Shown here one piece after another: positions 37,313 to 49,902 of a stretch of DNA of 64,000 nt (its first letter is position 1; every line of letters starts with the position of its first letter). Position numbers and translations under genes: made by a program. The notes beneath the pieces are model-generated. The model did no database searches. It saw nothing but the letters and a program-made list of their open reading frames with translations, and had not been told where the DNA came from. Source of the stretch: Raja brachyura (Eukaryota); contig OY740810.1 in the NCBI GenBank assembly GCA_963514005.1, forward strand, positions 26,598,001 to 26,662,000, given 5' to 3'.

Positions 37313-37626
37313 AAAGGTCTTGAGCTGGCATTGGTTGACATCCATGTTCTTGCTAATATGGATGAGAACATTATTCGCCAATTTTCTTTGATGAAAAGTT
37401 TTGTTTTGGGTCAACCAACACAACCAACGGCCCTACTTGAAATCGATTGAAATGGAAACTCAGCAAATTGCAATACAAGTTTTGTGCCAAAAGGCAACAA
37501 AATAATGATCAATGATCAATAATGACCGGTATATTCATCCCAGCAAAGCAAAATCAGCAGGATGCACTGTCCCATCATAAAGCCGTAGAATTATTCATTA
37601 CTTTGTATATGTAAAATTTAGGAGAT

Positions 37627-38027
37627 TGAGAGGGGATCTTATAGAAACTTACAAGATTCTTAAGGGGTTGGACAGGCTAGATGCAGGAAGATTTTTCCCG
37701 ATGTTGGGGAGGTCCAGGACAAAGGGTCACAGCTTAAGGATAAGGGGGAAATCCTTTAGGACTGAGATGAGAAGGAATTTTTTCACACAGAGAGTGGTGG
37801 GTCTCTGGCACTCTCTGCCACAGAGGGTAGTTGAGGCCAGTTCATTGGCTATATTTAAGAGGGAGTTAGATGTGGCCCTTGTGGCTAAGGGGATCAGAGG
37901 GTATGGAGAGAAGGCAGGTACGGGATACTGAGTTGGATGATCAGCCATGATCATATTGAATGGTGGTGCAGGCTCGAAGGGCCGAATGGCCTACTCCTGC
38001 ACCTAATTTCTATGTTTCTATGTTTCT
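37627..38027 (+). mobile_element. CR1 3' fragment, young subfamily nearly identical to 18054-18457
   Basis: ORF 37626-37931; (TATGTTTC)n tail. Confidence 0.9.
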
Positions 38028-38049
38028 AAGGTGCTGTCTTCTTTTTTTT

Positions 38050-38800
38050 AATATGGTAAATGGTAGGGAATTGAGGAATGCTGTGGAACAGAGGGATCTA
38101 GGAATAACTGTGCATAGTTCCCTGAAGGTGGAATCACATGTAGATAGGGTGGTAAAGAAAGCTTTTGGTGTGCTGGCCTTTATAAATCAGAGCATTGAAT
38201 ATAGGAGTAGGGAAGTAATGTTAAAATTGTACAAGGCATTGGTAAGACCAATTCTGGAGTATGGTGTACAATTTTGGTCGCCTAATTATAGGAAGGATGT
38301 CAACAAAATAGAGAGAGTACAGAGGAGATTTACTAGAATGTTGCCTGGGTTCCAGCAACTAAGTTACAGAGAAAGGTTGAACAAGTTAGATCTTTATTCT
38401 TTGGAGCGCAGAAGATTAAGAGGGGACTTGATTGAGGTCTTTAAAATGATGAAAGGGATAGACAGAGTTAACGTGGATAAGCTTTTCCCATTGAGGGTAG
38501 GGAAGATTCAAACAAGAGGGCATGACATGAGAATTAATGGACAGAAGTTTAGGGGTAACATGAGGGGGAACTTCTTTACTCAGAGAGTGGTGGCTGTGTG
38601 GAATGAGCTTCCAGCAGAAGTGGTGAAGGTAGGATCGATTTTAATATTTAAAAGTAAAGTGGATAGGTATATGGACGGGAAGGGAATGGAGGGGTATGGT
38701 CGGATTGCAGCTAGATGGGACGAGGGGAAAATAAATGGTCGGCACGGACTGGAAGGGCCGAGAAGGCCTGTTTCCGTGCTGTAATTGTTATATGGTTATA
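38050..38800 (+). pseudogene. CR1 ORF2 C-terminal region, open frame but 5'-truncated
   Basis: QRDLGITVH..LYKALVRPILEYGVQFWSP..IERVQRRFTRM..SLERRRLRGDLIEVFK..TRGH..FFTQRVVAVWNELP. Confidence 0.92.
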
Positions 38801-39299
38801 TCTTTATTTATTAGAGGTACCGTAAGTTACATCAGTGTACATCCCTTATATTGTATTACAGTCATTGTACCCCTTAATTTTTTTTAAGGCTTTAGAAAAG
38901 AGAGAGAAATACCAGCAAAGAAAGTAGAAAAGTGAAAAAGAGATGTGAAAGTGCAAAAGCGTGACAGAGGGAAAGGAAACCCTTGAAGAGTTAGAGACTG
39001 GAGATTAAGAGATAGACCCTGGAGAGGAAAAAAAAAGAAAAAGGGAAAGATAGAGAAAGAAAGAAGAAAAGCCAGTTACTTTATTATAAACATCTCGCAA
39101 AAGGAATCTACCAACTCGGCAGTTTTTCTTCCCCCTTTACCAAGATCTGAAGGTGCTGTTTTCTACGCAAATCTCTCTCTCCTCCACATCGAGGGGTCAT
39201 GTTCTTCAACCTCTCATCACAACCAGTCTGTAAAATAGATTCCCTTCTTATTTATTACAGTTTAACATCACTGATTGACAACTCGCACTTTTATAATTC

Positions 39300-40372
39300 T
39301 CAGTAACTCAGTGGGTCTGGCATCATCTCTGGTGAAAAAGAATAGGTGACGTTTCGAGTTGAGGCCCTTCTTCAAATGACCCGAAACATCGCCTATTCCT
39401 TTTCTCCAGAGATTCTGCCTCGCCCACTAAGTTACTCCAGCTTTTTGTATCTACCTTTATTTTAACCCAGCACCTGCAGTTCCTTCCTACACATTTTGTC
39501 TGCTCCACTGCAACATCTGCTCAAGGTATGCGTTCTTTGAAGAAGTTCTCCGGCGAGAGTTCTGCAAAGTCCTCTCTCGTTGCTCGTCCTCTGTGATTCC
39601 TCCCTACTCTCAGGCTCTGCGATCTCTCAGTTCCCTTCTCCTGACCCTCGAACTAAAACGTCACCTATATTTTTTCTCCAGAGATGCTGACTGACCCGTT
39701 GAGTTAATCCAGCATTTAGTGTCTATCGTCTGGTTTAAACCAGCATCTGCAGTTCCTTCCTACACTAGCTTAATGATGCAATCAGTTCATGCTTTCTTTC
39801 TCTTATCCAGTCTCCCTTCACTATAGCAGAAAGAGGTTTTACCAATCAGTAGATATGCAATGCACAACATTCTTGCATTGACACTTTACACCATGGTAGA
39901 GTCGGGCACCAGACAACCTGCAGTTGTCACCTGCACACATCAGTTCACTCCCCATTGTCGCAGCAAGTAAATGTTATTGAAATATTGGGGGTAAATTGAG
40001 TGATCTGAGAAGAATGCATGCAGGAGATTGCAGTTTCTGGAACCTGTAGTAAAAATGCAAACTACAGGTTTACTCAAACTGAGTTAGGCAGCATCTGTGG
40101 AGAAAATTGGACAGTCAACGTTTCAGATCAAGACCCTTAATCCTCAGGATGAGAATTTCAGAGATGAGATCTGGGCCAGGCATAAGATCTTGATATTCAA
40201 ACACACTTTTCTTACCTCCAGTTCCCTCCCCTCTACATTCAGTCTCAAGAAGGGTCCTGAACCGAAACGTCACCCATCCTTTACCTCCAGAGATGCTGTC
40301 TGACCCGCAGAGTTACTCCAACACTTTGTGTCAATCTGGTATAAACTAGCATCTGCAGTTCGTTCTACGCAC
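39300..40372. mobile_element. Cluster of Penelope terminal-repeat and fold-back remnants (39300-39765, 40015-40372)
   Basis: Repeated ccagagatgctg...gagttactcca arms and ccgaaacgtcacc cores. Confidence 0.7.
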
Positions 40373-40607
40373 TTTTCTTGAGACCGATAAAGACTGATCT
40401 AAAGCATTGAAGACTTTGGTGAATTTCTTCAGTGAGTGCAGCTCCAACAGCATTCATGTAGCTCAATATAAAGCAGCTTACTTACTTGGCACCTCATCCA
40501 TCATGCTAAACATTCCCTCCTACAACCACCAGCCTCCCATATTAGCAGATAGTACAAGATGCACTGGCATCAGACTGATAGAACAGAATTATCAAGGAGT
40601 TTAATCC

Positions 40608-41390
40608 GTTTAGTTTAGTTTATTGTCACATGTACCGAGGTACAGTAAAACATTTTGTTTTGTTGCATGCTATCCAGTCAGTGGAAAGACAATCAAGCCG
40701 TCCACAATGTACGCATACAGGATAAATGGAATAATGTTTAGTACAAGGTAAATTCTGATTAAGTATAGTCCAAGGGTCTCCAAGGTGATAGATAGTACGA
40801 CAGGACCGCTGTCTAACTGATGAGGGGATGGTTCCGTTGCCTGATAAATGCTGGGACTAAACTGTCCCTGAATCTGGATGTATGCGGTTTCTCACTTCTG
40901 TACCTCTTGCCTGATGGGAGAGGGGAGAAGGGTGAGACTCATCCTTGATCATGCTGGTGGCCTTGCCAGCAATGTGAAGTGTAGATGGAGCAATGGAAGG
41001 AAAGTTGGTTTGCATGGGGGTCTGGGTTAAGTCCACAATTTTCTGCAATTTTGTTGCGGTCTTGGATGGAGCTGTATTGCCAACCATGCTGTGATGCATC
41101 ATGATAAAATGGTTTCTACGGCGCATCTTTAGAAATTGGTGAGAGTTGTTGTGGACATGCTGAACTTCCTAAGCCTTCTAAGGAAATACAGTTTTTTGTG
41201 TGCTTTCTTGGCCATTGCATTGATACGGCTCTAATCTGGTGCCGTCAATGTATGTGAAGTCGGGGCATGTTGATCCCGTCCTGAAGTTGATCACAATTTC
41301 CTTTGTCTTGCTGACATTGAGGGAAAGGTAGTTGCCTTGGCACCAGGTTACGAGGTTCTCAATCTCTTTCTGTACTCCATCTTGCCATTT
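40608..41390 (-). mobile_element. Rex1/Babar 3' fragment
   Basis: (CTAAA)n tail, tttattgtcacatgtaccgaggtacagt, degenerate RT C-terminus. Confidence 0.75.
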
Positions 41391-41669
41391 GAATGTTACT
41401 GATTACCATTAATTATGAACATTCTCTCAATTTTGAATGGAAAATCGCACTTGCACCTCACCTACTTAATAAATATGAGAAGAGTGAACAGAGAGCTTTC
41501 AATGGGGATTATGTCTGCGGGAATCAATAATTTAGTAAAAGGTGTAGCCAGGAACTGCAGATGCTGGTTTACACCAATGATAGACACAAAATGTTGGAGT
41601 AACTCAGCAGGACAGGCAGCATCTCTGGAGTGAAGGAATGGGTGATGTTTCGGATCAAGACCACCTTTT

Positions 41670-41980
41670 TAGTTTTCAGTTCAGAGATACAACGTGGAAA
41701 AAATGCCCTTAGGCCCACCGAGTCTGCGCCAACCAGCAATCCCTGTACACTAAAACTATCCTACACACACTAGAGACAATTTACAATTTTTACCGGCCAA
41801 TTAACCTACAAACCTGCAAATCTTTGGCGTGTGGGCAGAAACTGGAGCACCCGGGGAAAACACACGCAGGTCACGGGGAGCATCTATAACTCCATACTGA
41901 GAGCACCCGTAGTCATTATCGAACCCGGGTTTCTGCCGATGTAAGGCAACAACTCTACTGCTGTGCCAGCGTGCCACCCT
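41670..41980 (-). mobile_element. V-SINE inserted in a Penelope terminal repeat (41543-41988)
   Basis: The repeat motif tcaagacc...cttcttcag is split by the SINE. Confidence 0.8.
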
Positions 41981-42512
41981 TCTTCAGAAAAAGCTGTCAG
42001 GATACCTTGAAAACATTCAGATGATAAGGAAGAGTTTATTTGTAGAGCAAAGTTCAAGTCTTTATGAACATGATAGAATTTATTTAAAGAAGGGACTAAA
42101 GTAGAAAAAAAGAGCGATGAAAGGTCACTGACAATAAAAATCTATTTATATTTTTATGTAAGTTGCCTGAGCTATTAAATATTTAAGAGTTTTGTGTGTT
42201 TATTTCAGACAAGCCTAAAATAAATTAATATTGGAATGTCTAAACAAATCCTATTAATTCTATTGACCAATTTTTATGAGACTATATTAGAAGAGTTCAG
42301 GCCTTTGGCATTAACCATCTCACAATTTCCTATTGGCGCTCCAATGTCCTCAGTCCAACAAGACAGTTCCAAACTGTCTCATTCACATTTATTCTGAGCC
42401 TCCCTGGTCAGTTCCTGCTTTCAATGGTTCACAAATAGAGTCGGAACCATACTGTATGGAAACAACCCCACAGCCCAACATGTCCACACTGACCAAGATG
42501 CCCCATCTAAGC

Positions 42513-42691
42513 TTAGTTTAAAGATACAGCATGAGAGGACCTTTGGCCCACCGAGTGCTTGCAAACCACACTAGTTCTATGTTATCCCACTTTCTCATCC
42601 ACTCCATGCACACTAGAAACAATTTACAGAAGCCAATTAATCTACAAACATGCACGTCTTTTGGATGTGGGAGGAAATCAGAGCACACAGT
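42513..42691 (-). mobile_element. V-SINE truncated at a duplication breakpoint
   Basis: Stops mid V domain where the inverted copy of 1-273 begins. Confidence 0.75.
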
Positions 42692-42771
42692 CAAAGGTAA
42701 TCTGGAAAATCCCAATTTATTAAATTCACTGAGACCTAAACCCAACCTCTGGGTTAGCAATTTGGCCCTAA

Positions 42772-43078
42772 AGGGCCTGTCCCACTGTACGAGGTAATTC
42801 AAGAGTTCTCCCGAGTTTCCCCTGATTCAAACTCGGAGAATTACGGTAATAGCCACTCGTAGGTACGCGGGGCTCTCGTGGACATTTTTCAACATGTTGA
42901 AAAATCTTCACGAGCTTACCGCGTTTCCCGAGTACCTGCCATTAACGTTACGAGCCGCTAAGAGACGTCCCGAGTTCCAATGTACCTGCTATGTACATTC
43001 TACATTCTTACCACTAGTTTGATTTTTTTTTAAACTCGGGAGAGGTCTTGAATTACCTCGTACAGTAGGACAGACCCT
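42772..43078. mobile_element. MITE family B, complete
   Basis: TIR AGGGCCTGTCCCACTGTACGAGGTAATTCAAGA / TCTTGAATTACCTCGTACAGTAGGACAGACCCT; flanks TAA and TTA; empty paralogous site near 194-196. Confidence 0.88.
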
Positions 43079-43097
43079 TTAAGCATTACAATATGGT

Positions 43098-43780
43098 AGA
43101 GTCACGCAACATGGAAACTGACCCTTCGGCCCAACACGTTCATGCCGACCCACGATGCCCAATCTTAGTCCCTTTTTCAGCATTTGGTCCATATTCCTAT
43201 AAAACTTTCCTATCTATGTACCTGCCCAAATGTATTTTAAATGCTGTTCTTGTATATGCCTCAACTACTTCCTTTGGCTGCTCATTCTATATACTCACCA
43301 CCCTCTGTGTGAAAAAGCTGTCCCTCAGGATCCTATTAAATCTTTCTTGTCTCACCTTAAACCCATGGCCTCTAGTTCCGATACCTCTATCCTGGAAAAG
43401 TTGTGAATTCACCCTATCTATTCCCTTCATGATTTTATTGGCTTAGAGTTCAGGTTTAGGTGCACCGTGATACATTGAAAAGCTTTTTTACATACTACAC
43501 AATCAGATCAAATAATACTATGCAAAAATGGGGTCAAGTCAAACTCAAGTACAATAGATAGAGCAAAGGGAAGATCCCGAATGCATAATGTGGTCAGCCT
43601 CGTATACACCTATATAAGATCACCTCTCAACCTCTATGCTCTAAGGAATAATCCTAGGCCATCCATCATCTCCCTATATTCAGGCCCTCTAGTCCTGGCA
43701 CACATATTCGTAAATCTTATCTGCACTCTTTTCAGCTTAATGGCATTTTCCTTTAGTAGGATGACCAAAACAGAACACAA
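43098..43780 (-). mobile_element. CR1 3' fragment interrupted by a Rex tail (43445-43595)
   Basis: CR1 motifs either side; insert resembles 1998-2160. Confidence 0.75.
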
Positions 43781-45107
43781 TACCCTATCCAATAGACCAA
43801 GCTAGTTCAGCTCATCCTAATGTCTCTCTTAATGAGCCCCCTTTGAGGCCATTGTCCTGCTAGTTTGTTCTGCATCCTTTTATAGAGTGCTTGTTTGTAT
43901 TTGTGTGTGTACTTTAACAATAGCCTTTACCTTTTCCAAAATTCTGTCCGACTGTGTAGTCCATTTTTGAATGCAATGTTAAGGAATGCTCAAAGTATTT
44001 CCTGTATTTTAATTGTGCACAGTTAAGTCTAACTAACTGTAGAAAATTTAAGCCTTTGGGAGTCCTAAGTTCAAAGTTTTTTTTTCTTATACTGATATGG
44101 GCACTTCCCACAGTCTTGAGGTTTCAAAGTCCATAAGCCAGTTTTCACTTCCGCAAAGGTACACTTATCTTGTTCTGCGGTTCCATCAAAGCACATGCAG
44201 CCAAAAGCAAGTGCAATTTTTCTTTAAAAAGATGTAAACTAGGAGTTGTTGTGTAAAAAAAAAACTTCAATGGTCATTTATAAATCCAATTACTTGTCAT
44301 AAAATCTGTAGATTTATACCCTCCTTCGTGCAAGTAAAAAAAGATACAACAAAGAGATTTCTCTCGATTAAACATTAGCTAAGCAAAATTTTGCACTTCA
44401 TTGCAGCAAGTGTCAATGAGATTGTCAATGACTTTATGACAAGGCTGTTGTGGGGTAATGAGGATGTAGCGTAGACTTTCCTTTTGATATTTTTGAAATA
44501 CAGTCCGTGTACGTCAGCACACTGCGGCTTTAATCACTAAACACAAACTATGGGCTTCACCCACTTGCTTTGAAAGAGCACAAAACCACTGTCTGGACGT
44601 TCTGACAAGTAGCAAAGGTTGACCATTAACAAGCCTGGTGCTAATTGACTGGAGCCTGCAAACTGCTTTGACTCATAAATGGGGTTGCTAATTAAACTTT
44701 TGAACTCTGGCCAACAAATGTAAGTTTATTACTTTTATTTCTTCAAGAAGGGGAAGTGGAAAACCTCTCTGCTGTTACACTTTCTCAGAACATAGGGGAG
44801 CTAACTTAATTGCTTCAATTACAGTGCAAGGATCAAACAAAACTCGGGACGGGGGCTGGGGTGAAGTCATTAAACGGATGACTAGGCTTTATGGGGGCTA
44901 CGCACAAAGGCGGCTTTAATGGCCATAGGCATCACACTGCCAGTGACGTTGCGACACTCCAGAGGATGTCACCTCCGGGGGTGGTGTGAACAAGGACAAG
45001 ATGATATTGGCAGACAACATTTCCCATTTTCAGATGGTGAAGACTTCCACCCAGAGTTCAACTGCATCTCCATACCTCAGGTCCTTCTTTGCATCAGAAA
45101 TATTGAT

Positions 45108-45435
45108 TGATTGATTGATTGAAAGATACAGCATGAAAACAGACCCTTCGGATGTTTGAGACCACGCCAACCATCGATCACCCGTTTACATCTATTCTAT
45201 GTTATCTCACATTTGCATCCACTCCCTCCTCAGCAGGGGCAATTTACAGAGGTCAATTAAGCTACAGATGCGCACGTCTTGGAATGTGGGAGGAAACTGG
45301 AACAACCAGAAGAAACCCATGTGGTCACAGGGAGAACATGCAAACTCCACACAAACAGTACCCGAGATCAGGAAGGAATCTGGGTCCCTGGTGCTGTGAA
45401 GCAGCAGCTCTACCAGCTGTGCCATGGTGCTGCCC
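45108..45435 (-). mobile_element. V-SINE with (CAAT)n tail
   Basis: Full head, V domain and tail. Confidence 0.8.
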
Positions 45436-45569
45436 TATAAACATTGATGCCATGTGTCCACTTTTTCTACACTGGTACCATGGACTCACCATAGATACTA
45501 ATTCATAGTCTGCAGAAATGGCATTAGGGTCTTGCAGATCCAGGCATGCAAGCAATAGTCACGAGAGAG

Positions 45570-46340
45570 GGTCAAGAGTGTTTAATTGTTACATGCGGCA
45601 AAAACAAAACAATTCTTACTTGCAGCAGCTTAGCAGGTCTGTCACAATTCACAGATAGCATAATAACCAAAAAAAATTAAAAAAAAATATATTACCACAA
45701 GAAAAAGCCCAACAGTGCAGCTACGACAGTCTGTGGTTTGAGGTTCAGTTGGTGTTTTAGTGTTCAAGAGCCTGATGGGTGTTATGGGAAAAAGCTGTTC
45801 CCGAAACTGGAGGTCACAGTTTTCAGACACCTATACCTTTTTTCCTGATGGCAGGAGTGAAATGAAAGAGTGGTCAGCGTGGTGTGGGTTCCTGATGATG
45901 CTGGCTGCCTTTTTGAGATTCCCCCCCCCATTGAGTGAGAAGGTCAGTACCCATGATGGACCGGGCCGTGGCGACTACCTTTTGCAATCTCCTTCATTCT
46001 TGGGCATTCAAGTTGCCGAACCAGACTGTGGTGCAATCAGTCAGTATATTCTCTCCCTGTGACCTGTCAAAATTCAAGAGAATATTTGTTGACAATCCAA
46101 ATCTCCTCAGTCTTCTAAGGAAGTAGGGGCATTGATGAGCTTTCTTTATGATTGCATCAATGATCTGGGCCCAGGGCAGATCTTCAGAGATATGTACGCC
46201 CAGGAACTTGAAGTTGATGACTCTCTCCAACACCGACCTGTTGGTGAAGACAGGTTCAGGGATCCTCAGGCTCTCTCTTCTAAACTCAACAATTATTTCC
46301 TTGGTCATACTGCCGTTGAGACCAAGGTTGTTGTTCTGGA
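45570..46340 (-). mobile_element. Rex1/Babar 3' fragment
   Basis: ORF 45994-46308 TKEIIVEFRR..FKFLGVHISEDLPW..YFLRRLRRF. Confidence 0.85.
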
Positions 46341-46439
46341 AAATTACAGATTCATTTTTAATTCCTTAATCCTACACATTTCCAACCATATCAATACTAG
46401 GCCCAAGTCACCCACTAATCCTATATTTACTGTGGGTGA

Positions 46440-46750
46440 TCCAGTGGAGTTGCAGCCTCACAGCGCCAGATCCTGACCTCTGGTGCTGTTTGTGTGGAGT
46501 TTGTATGTTCTCCCTGTGACCACGTGCGTTTTCTCCAGCTGTTCCGGTTTCCTCCCACGTCCCAAAGACGTGCGGGTTTATAGATTAATCGATCAGACTT
46601 TACGGAGACGTGGAAGTTGCAAGATGGCGCCGGAACATGCCAACTCTCTGTTGCACTCCTGTATGTTTTGATTTGACTGAACAGCATACAGAGCAAACTG
46701 TATCTCTGTACATGTGACAATAAATAAATTAACCTAACCTAAACTAAAGT
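46440..46750 (+). mobile_element. V-SINE variant with a Rex1-type 3' tail
   Basis: Head and V domain to 46591, then aagatggcgcc segment, then ctgtacatgtgacaataaa..aacctaaac. Confidence 0.65.
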
Positions 46751-47295
46751 AAAGTTAAACAATGTTCAAGTGGATGTAGATCTGGTTTTAATAGTGTTCA
46801 TTGGCATGAGATTTATTTCAAATAAGTTCTGAAGATTCAACATGATACAGCCATCTTGATTGAATCTAGAGTCAGCACAATGTAAACAAAGATAAAGCAG
46901 TGAACAATGCACAATATGAAGCTTTTTAGCAATATTTGCCTTCAATGCAGATTTTGACTTCTCCATGGCAGATTATCAAAACCTCGAGGCAAGTGGAAAT
47001 AGCTTTTGTTAATACTGCCAGATCTCATTCGCCCCATGAAGTTCATCAACTTTATGCTTTGAATGATCAACATCTATATGAGCACAATAATGAAAGTGTG
47101 ATCTCTGGTTATTACAATAATCTTGACTCAAACATACCGAGTCAGAGAACGTTTTGTGATAAGGATAGAGGCCATTCAGCCCACGAGAAGTGGACAGGAA
47201 CATCATTGTAATACTCCATTCCCCCACTGGTCCAAAGCAACCTAAGATGACTCTTCAAAAGCTCAAACATGTACTTGAGGTGTTTTTGTAAATGG

Positions 47296-47590
47296 TTTAG
47301 TTTAGTTTAGAGATACAGCGTGGAAACAGGCATTTCGGCCCACCAGGTCCGCAACAACCAGCGATCCCTGTATATTAACACTACCCTACACAAACTAGGA
47401 CCAATGTACAATAATAATAAGCCAATTAACATACACACCTGTACTTCTTTGGAGTGTGGGAGGAAACCGAAAATCTCAGAGAAAACCCACGCGGTCATGG
47501 GGAGAACGTACAAACTCCGGACATTCAGCACCCGTAGTCAGGATCAAACCCGGGTCTCTGGCGCTGCAAGCGCTGTAATGCAGCAACTCT
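47296..47590 (-). mobile_element. V-SINE
   Basis: Full length with (CTAAA)n tail. Confidence 0.85.
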
Positions 47591-48786
47591 ACCACAGCAC
47601 TCCCGTGCCATTCTCTTGATTATTTGACAGAACCTTGATGGGACACTACTGACTTTAAATGGAGGGAGAGACGAGCAAGCTTGCTGGGGACTAAAATATT
47701 TTTGAATGGTAAGATTTTATTGCGTCTAATGAATTCAAATTAATTTAAAATTCTGTTCGCATCATGCTAGTTTTTTGTTTCTCCCAGTAGAAAACTATTA
47801 GAACTATTAGAGCAAATATTCTCTTGAATTTCGACAGATCACAGGGAGAGAATATACTGACTGTTTGCACCACAGTCTGGTTCGGCAACTTGAATGCCCA
47901 AGAATGAAGGAGATTGCAAAAGGTAGTCGCCACGGCCCGGTCCATCATGGGTACTGACCTTCTCACTCATTGGGGGGGGGGGGGGAATCTCAAAAAGGCA
48001 GCCAGCATCATCAGGAACCTACACCACGCTGACCACTCTTTCATTTCACTCCTGCCATCAGGAAAAAAGGTATAGGTGTCTGAAAACTGTGACCTCCAGT
48101 TTCAGGAATAGCTTTTTCCATAACACCCATCAGGCTCTTGAACACTAAAACACCAACTGAACCTCAAACCACAGACTGTCGTGGCTGCACTGTTGGGCTT
48201 TTTCTTGTGGTAATATTTTGGGGTTTTTTTTGGTTATTATGCTATCTGTGAATTGTGACAGGCCTGCTAAGCTGCTGCAAGTAAGAATCTAATTGTTTTG
48301 TTTTTGCCGCATGTAACAATTAAACACTCTTCACCCTCTCTCGTGACTATTGCTTGCATGCCTGGATCTGCAAGACCCTAATGCCATTTCTGCAGACTAT
48401 GAATTAGTATCTATGGTGAGTCCATGGTGTAATGGAACATGTTGGTACAATGGCCTTAATTCTCTGAAGCCGAATAAAGCAATTCTATAAACCATGCAAT
48501 AGAAAACCCAATCAGGGATTTAGGGAGCCATATCTTTGATGCAACATTTCTATGCAAATAGTGATTAATGCACAGAGGCCACGGTTCCTGTGCAATGACA
48601 TTCAAAGGAGGTTTGATTTGGTTGATATCACTCGCATGAGAATGATATCCCCCATGTGCCTGAACTGTAAGGACATCCTAACTGGTGGTTGATGCTTGCT
48701 CTGATGTGAGTTAATGAGTCCAAACCTATTTGATCTCAGCAAGATGCATAAAGCATCCATCAGGGTAATCATCAAGAATCAATTTG

Positions 48787-49070
48787 GGTAGCACTGTGGT
48801 GCAGCGGTAGAGCCAGAGACCCGGGTTCAATCCTGACTGCCTATGCGGAGATTGCACGTTCTTCCCGTGACTGCATGGCATTTCTCTATGGGTGCTCCAG
48901 TTTCTTCCCACATTCCAAAGTCGTACAGGTTTGTAGGTTAATTGGCTTAGGTAAAAATTGTAAATTGTCCCTAGAGTGTAGGATAGTGTTTTTGTGCAGG
49001 AATCGCTGGTCGGCGCAGACTCGTGGGCTGAAGGGCCTGTTTCCACACTGTATTTCTAAACTAAACTAAA
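48787..49070 (+). mobile_element. V-SINE
   Basis: ggttcaatcc B-box and (CTAAA)n tail. Confidence 0.85.
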
Positions 49071-49094
49071 ATTACTTGAAGCAATATAGGGTCT

Positions 49095-49830
49095 TAAAGC
49101 CGTACTGAACGGAAACGTGCTCTTTGGCCCACCTTGTCCATGTCAACCAAGTCAACCAAGTTGACATACTGGACTAAATTTCTAAATCCTTCCTTTCCAT
49201 ATATCTGTTCAAATGTCTTTTGAAAATCATAATTGTATCCACTTCTATAGCTGCGATGGCTTCCTCTGAAAGCTCATTCCAGATACGGACTATTCTCTAT
49301 ATGAAAAAAATGCTCCTACCCTGGGAAAAAGACTGTGAGCATTCACTTCATCATGAAATTGTGCACTTTAGTAAGGTCACACCTCAGCGTCCTACACTCC
49401 AAAGAATAAAGTCCCAGCCTATCCAGCATTGATTTATAACTCAAGCTCGCAAGCCCAGGTCACATCCTGGTGAATCTCTTCTGCACTCTTTAAAACATAA
49501 CAAAATGCTTCCTACAGCTGGGTGACCAGAACTGCACACATTATTCCAAGTGTGGCATCATCAATGACTTGTGTAGCTGCATCCTAATGTCCCAACTTTT
49601 GTACTCCATATCCTTCCCAATGAAGGCAGGTATGCCAAAGACCATTTACACTACATTGTCCACCTGACTCACCACCTTCAGACAACCAAGCTCCTATACT
49701 CCCCGTCCTCTCAGCTCTGCAACACTCTACCATTTAAAGTGCGATGGCTTGCCAGGGTTTGATGTACCAAAGTTCAACACCTCACACTTGTCAGAGTTAA
49801 ATTCCATTTTCCATCCCTTGGCCCACCTTC
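49095..49830 (-). mobile_element. Old CR1 fragment
   Basis: ggtgaccagaactgcacacattattccaagtgtgg is the reverse of the PxLExxVQFWSP region. Confidence 0.7.
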
Positions 49831-49902
49831 ATCTCCCAAACAACCCATTTCCTGAAAATGTCTTCAACCACTGTTTCTCAACTCACGAGTCTACTGCGCC
49901 TT

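Larger units (their letters stand above)
45477..48428. repeat. Long inverted duplication: 45477-46088 vs 47813-48428
   Basis: Near-identical reverse complement including unique DNA and part of a Rex1 fragment. Confidence 0.95.

Noticed and set aside
18054-38027. Segmental duplication between 18054-18457 and 37627-38027
   Set aside because: Similarity is confined to the CR1 sequence and the flanks differ, so these are independent insertions of a young subfamily
37960-38784. 274-aa ORF as a host gene
   Set aside because: It is the C-terminus of CR1 ORF2, lacks the endonuclease and most of the RT, and its start lies in a neighbouring CR1 tail
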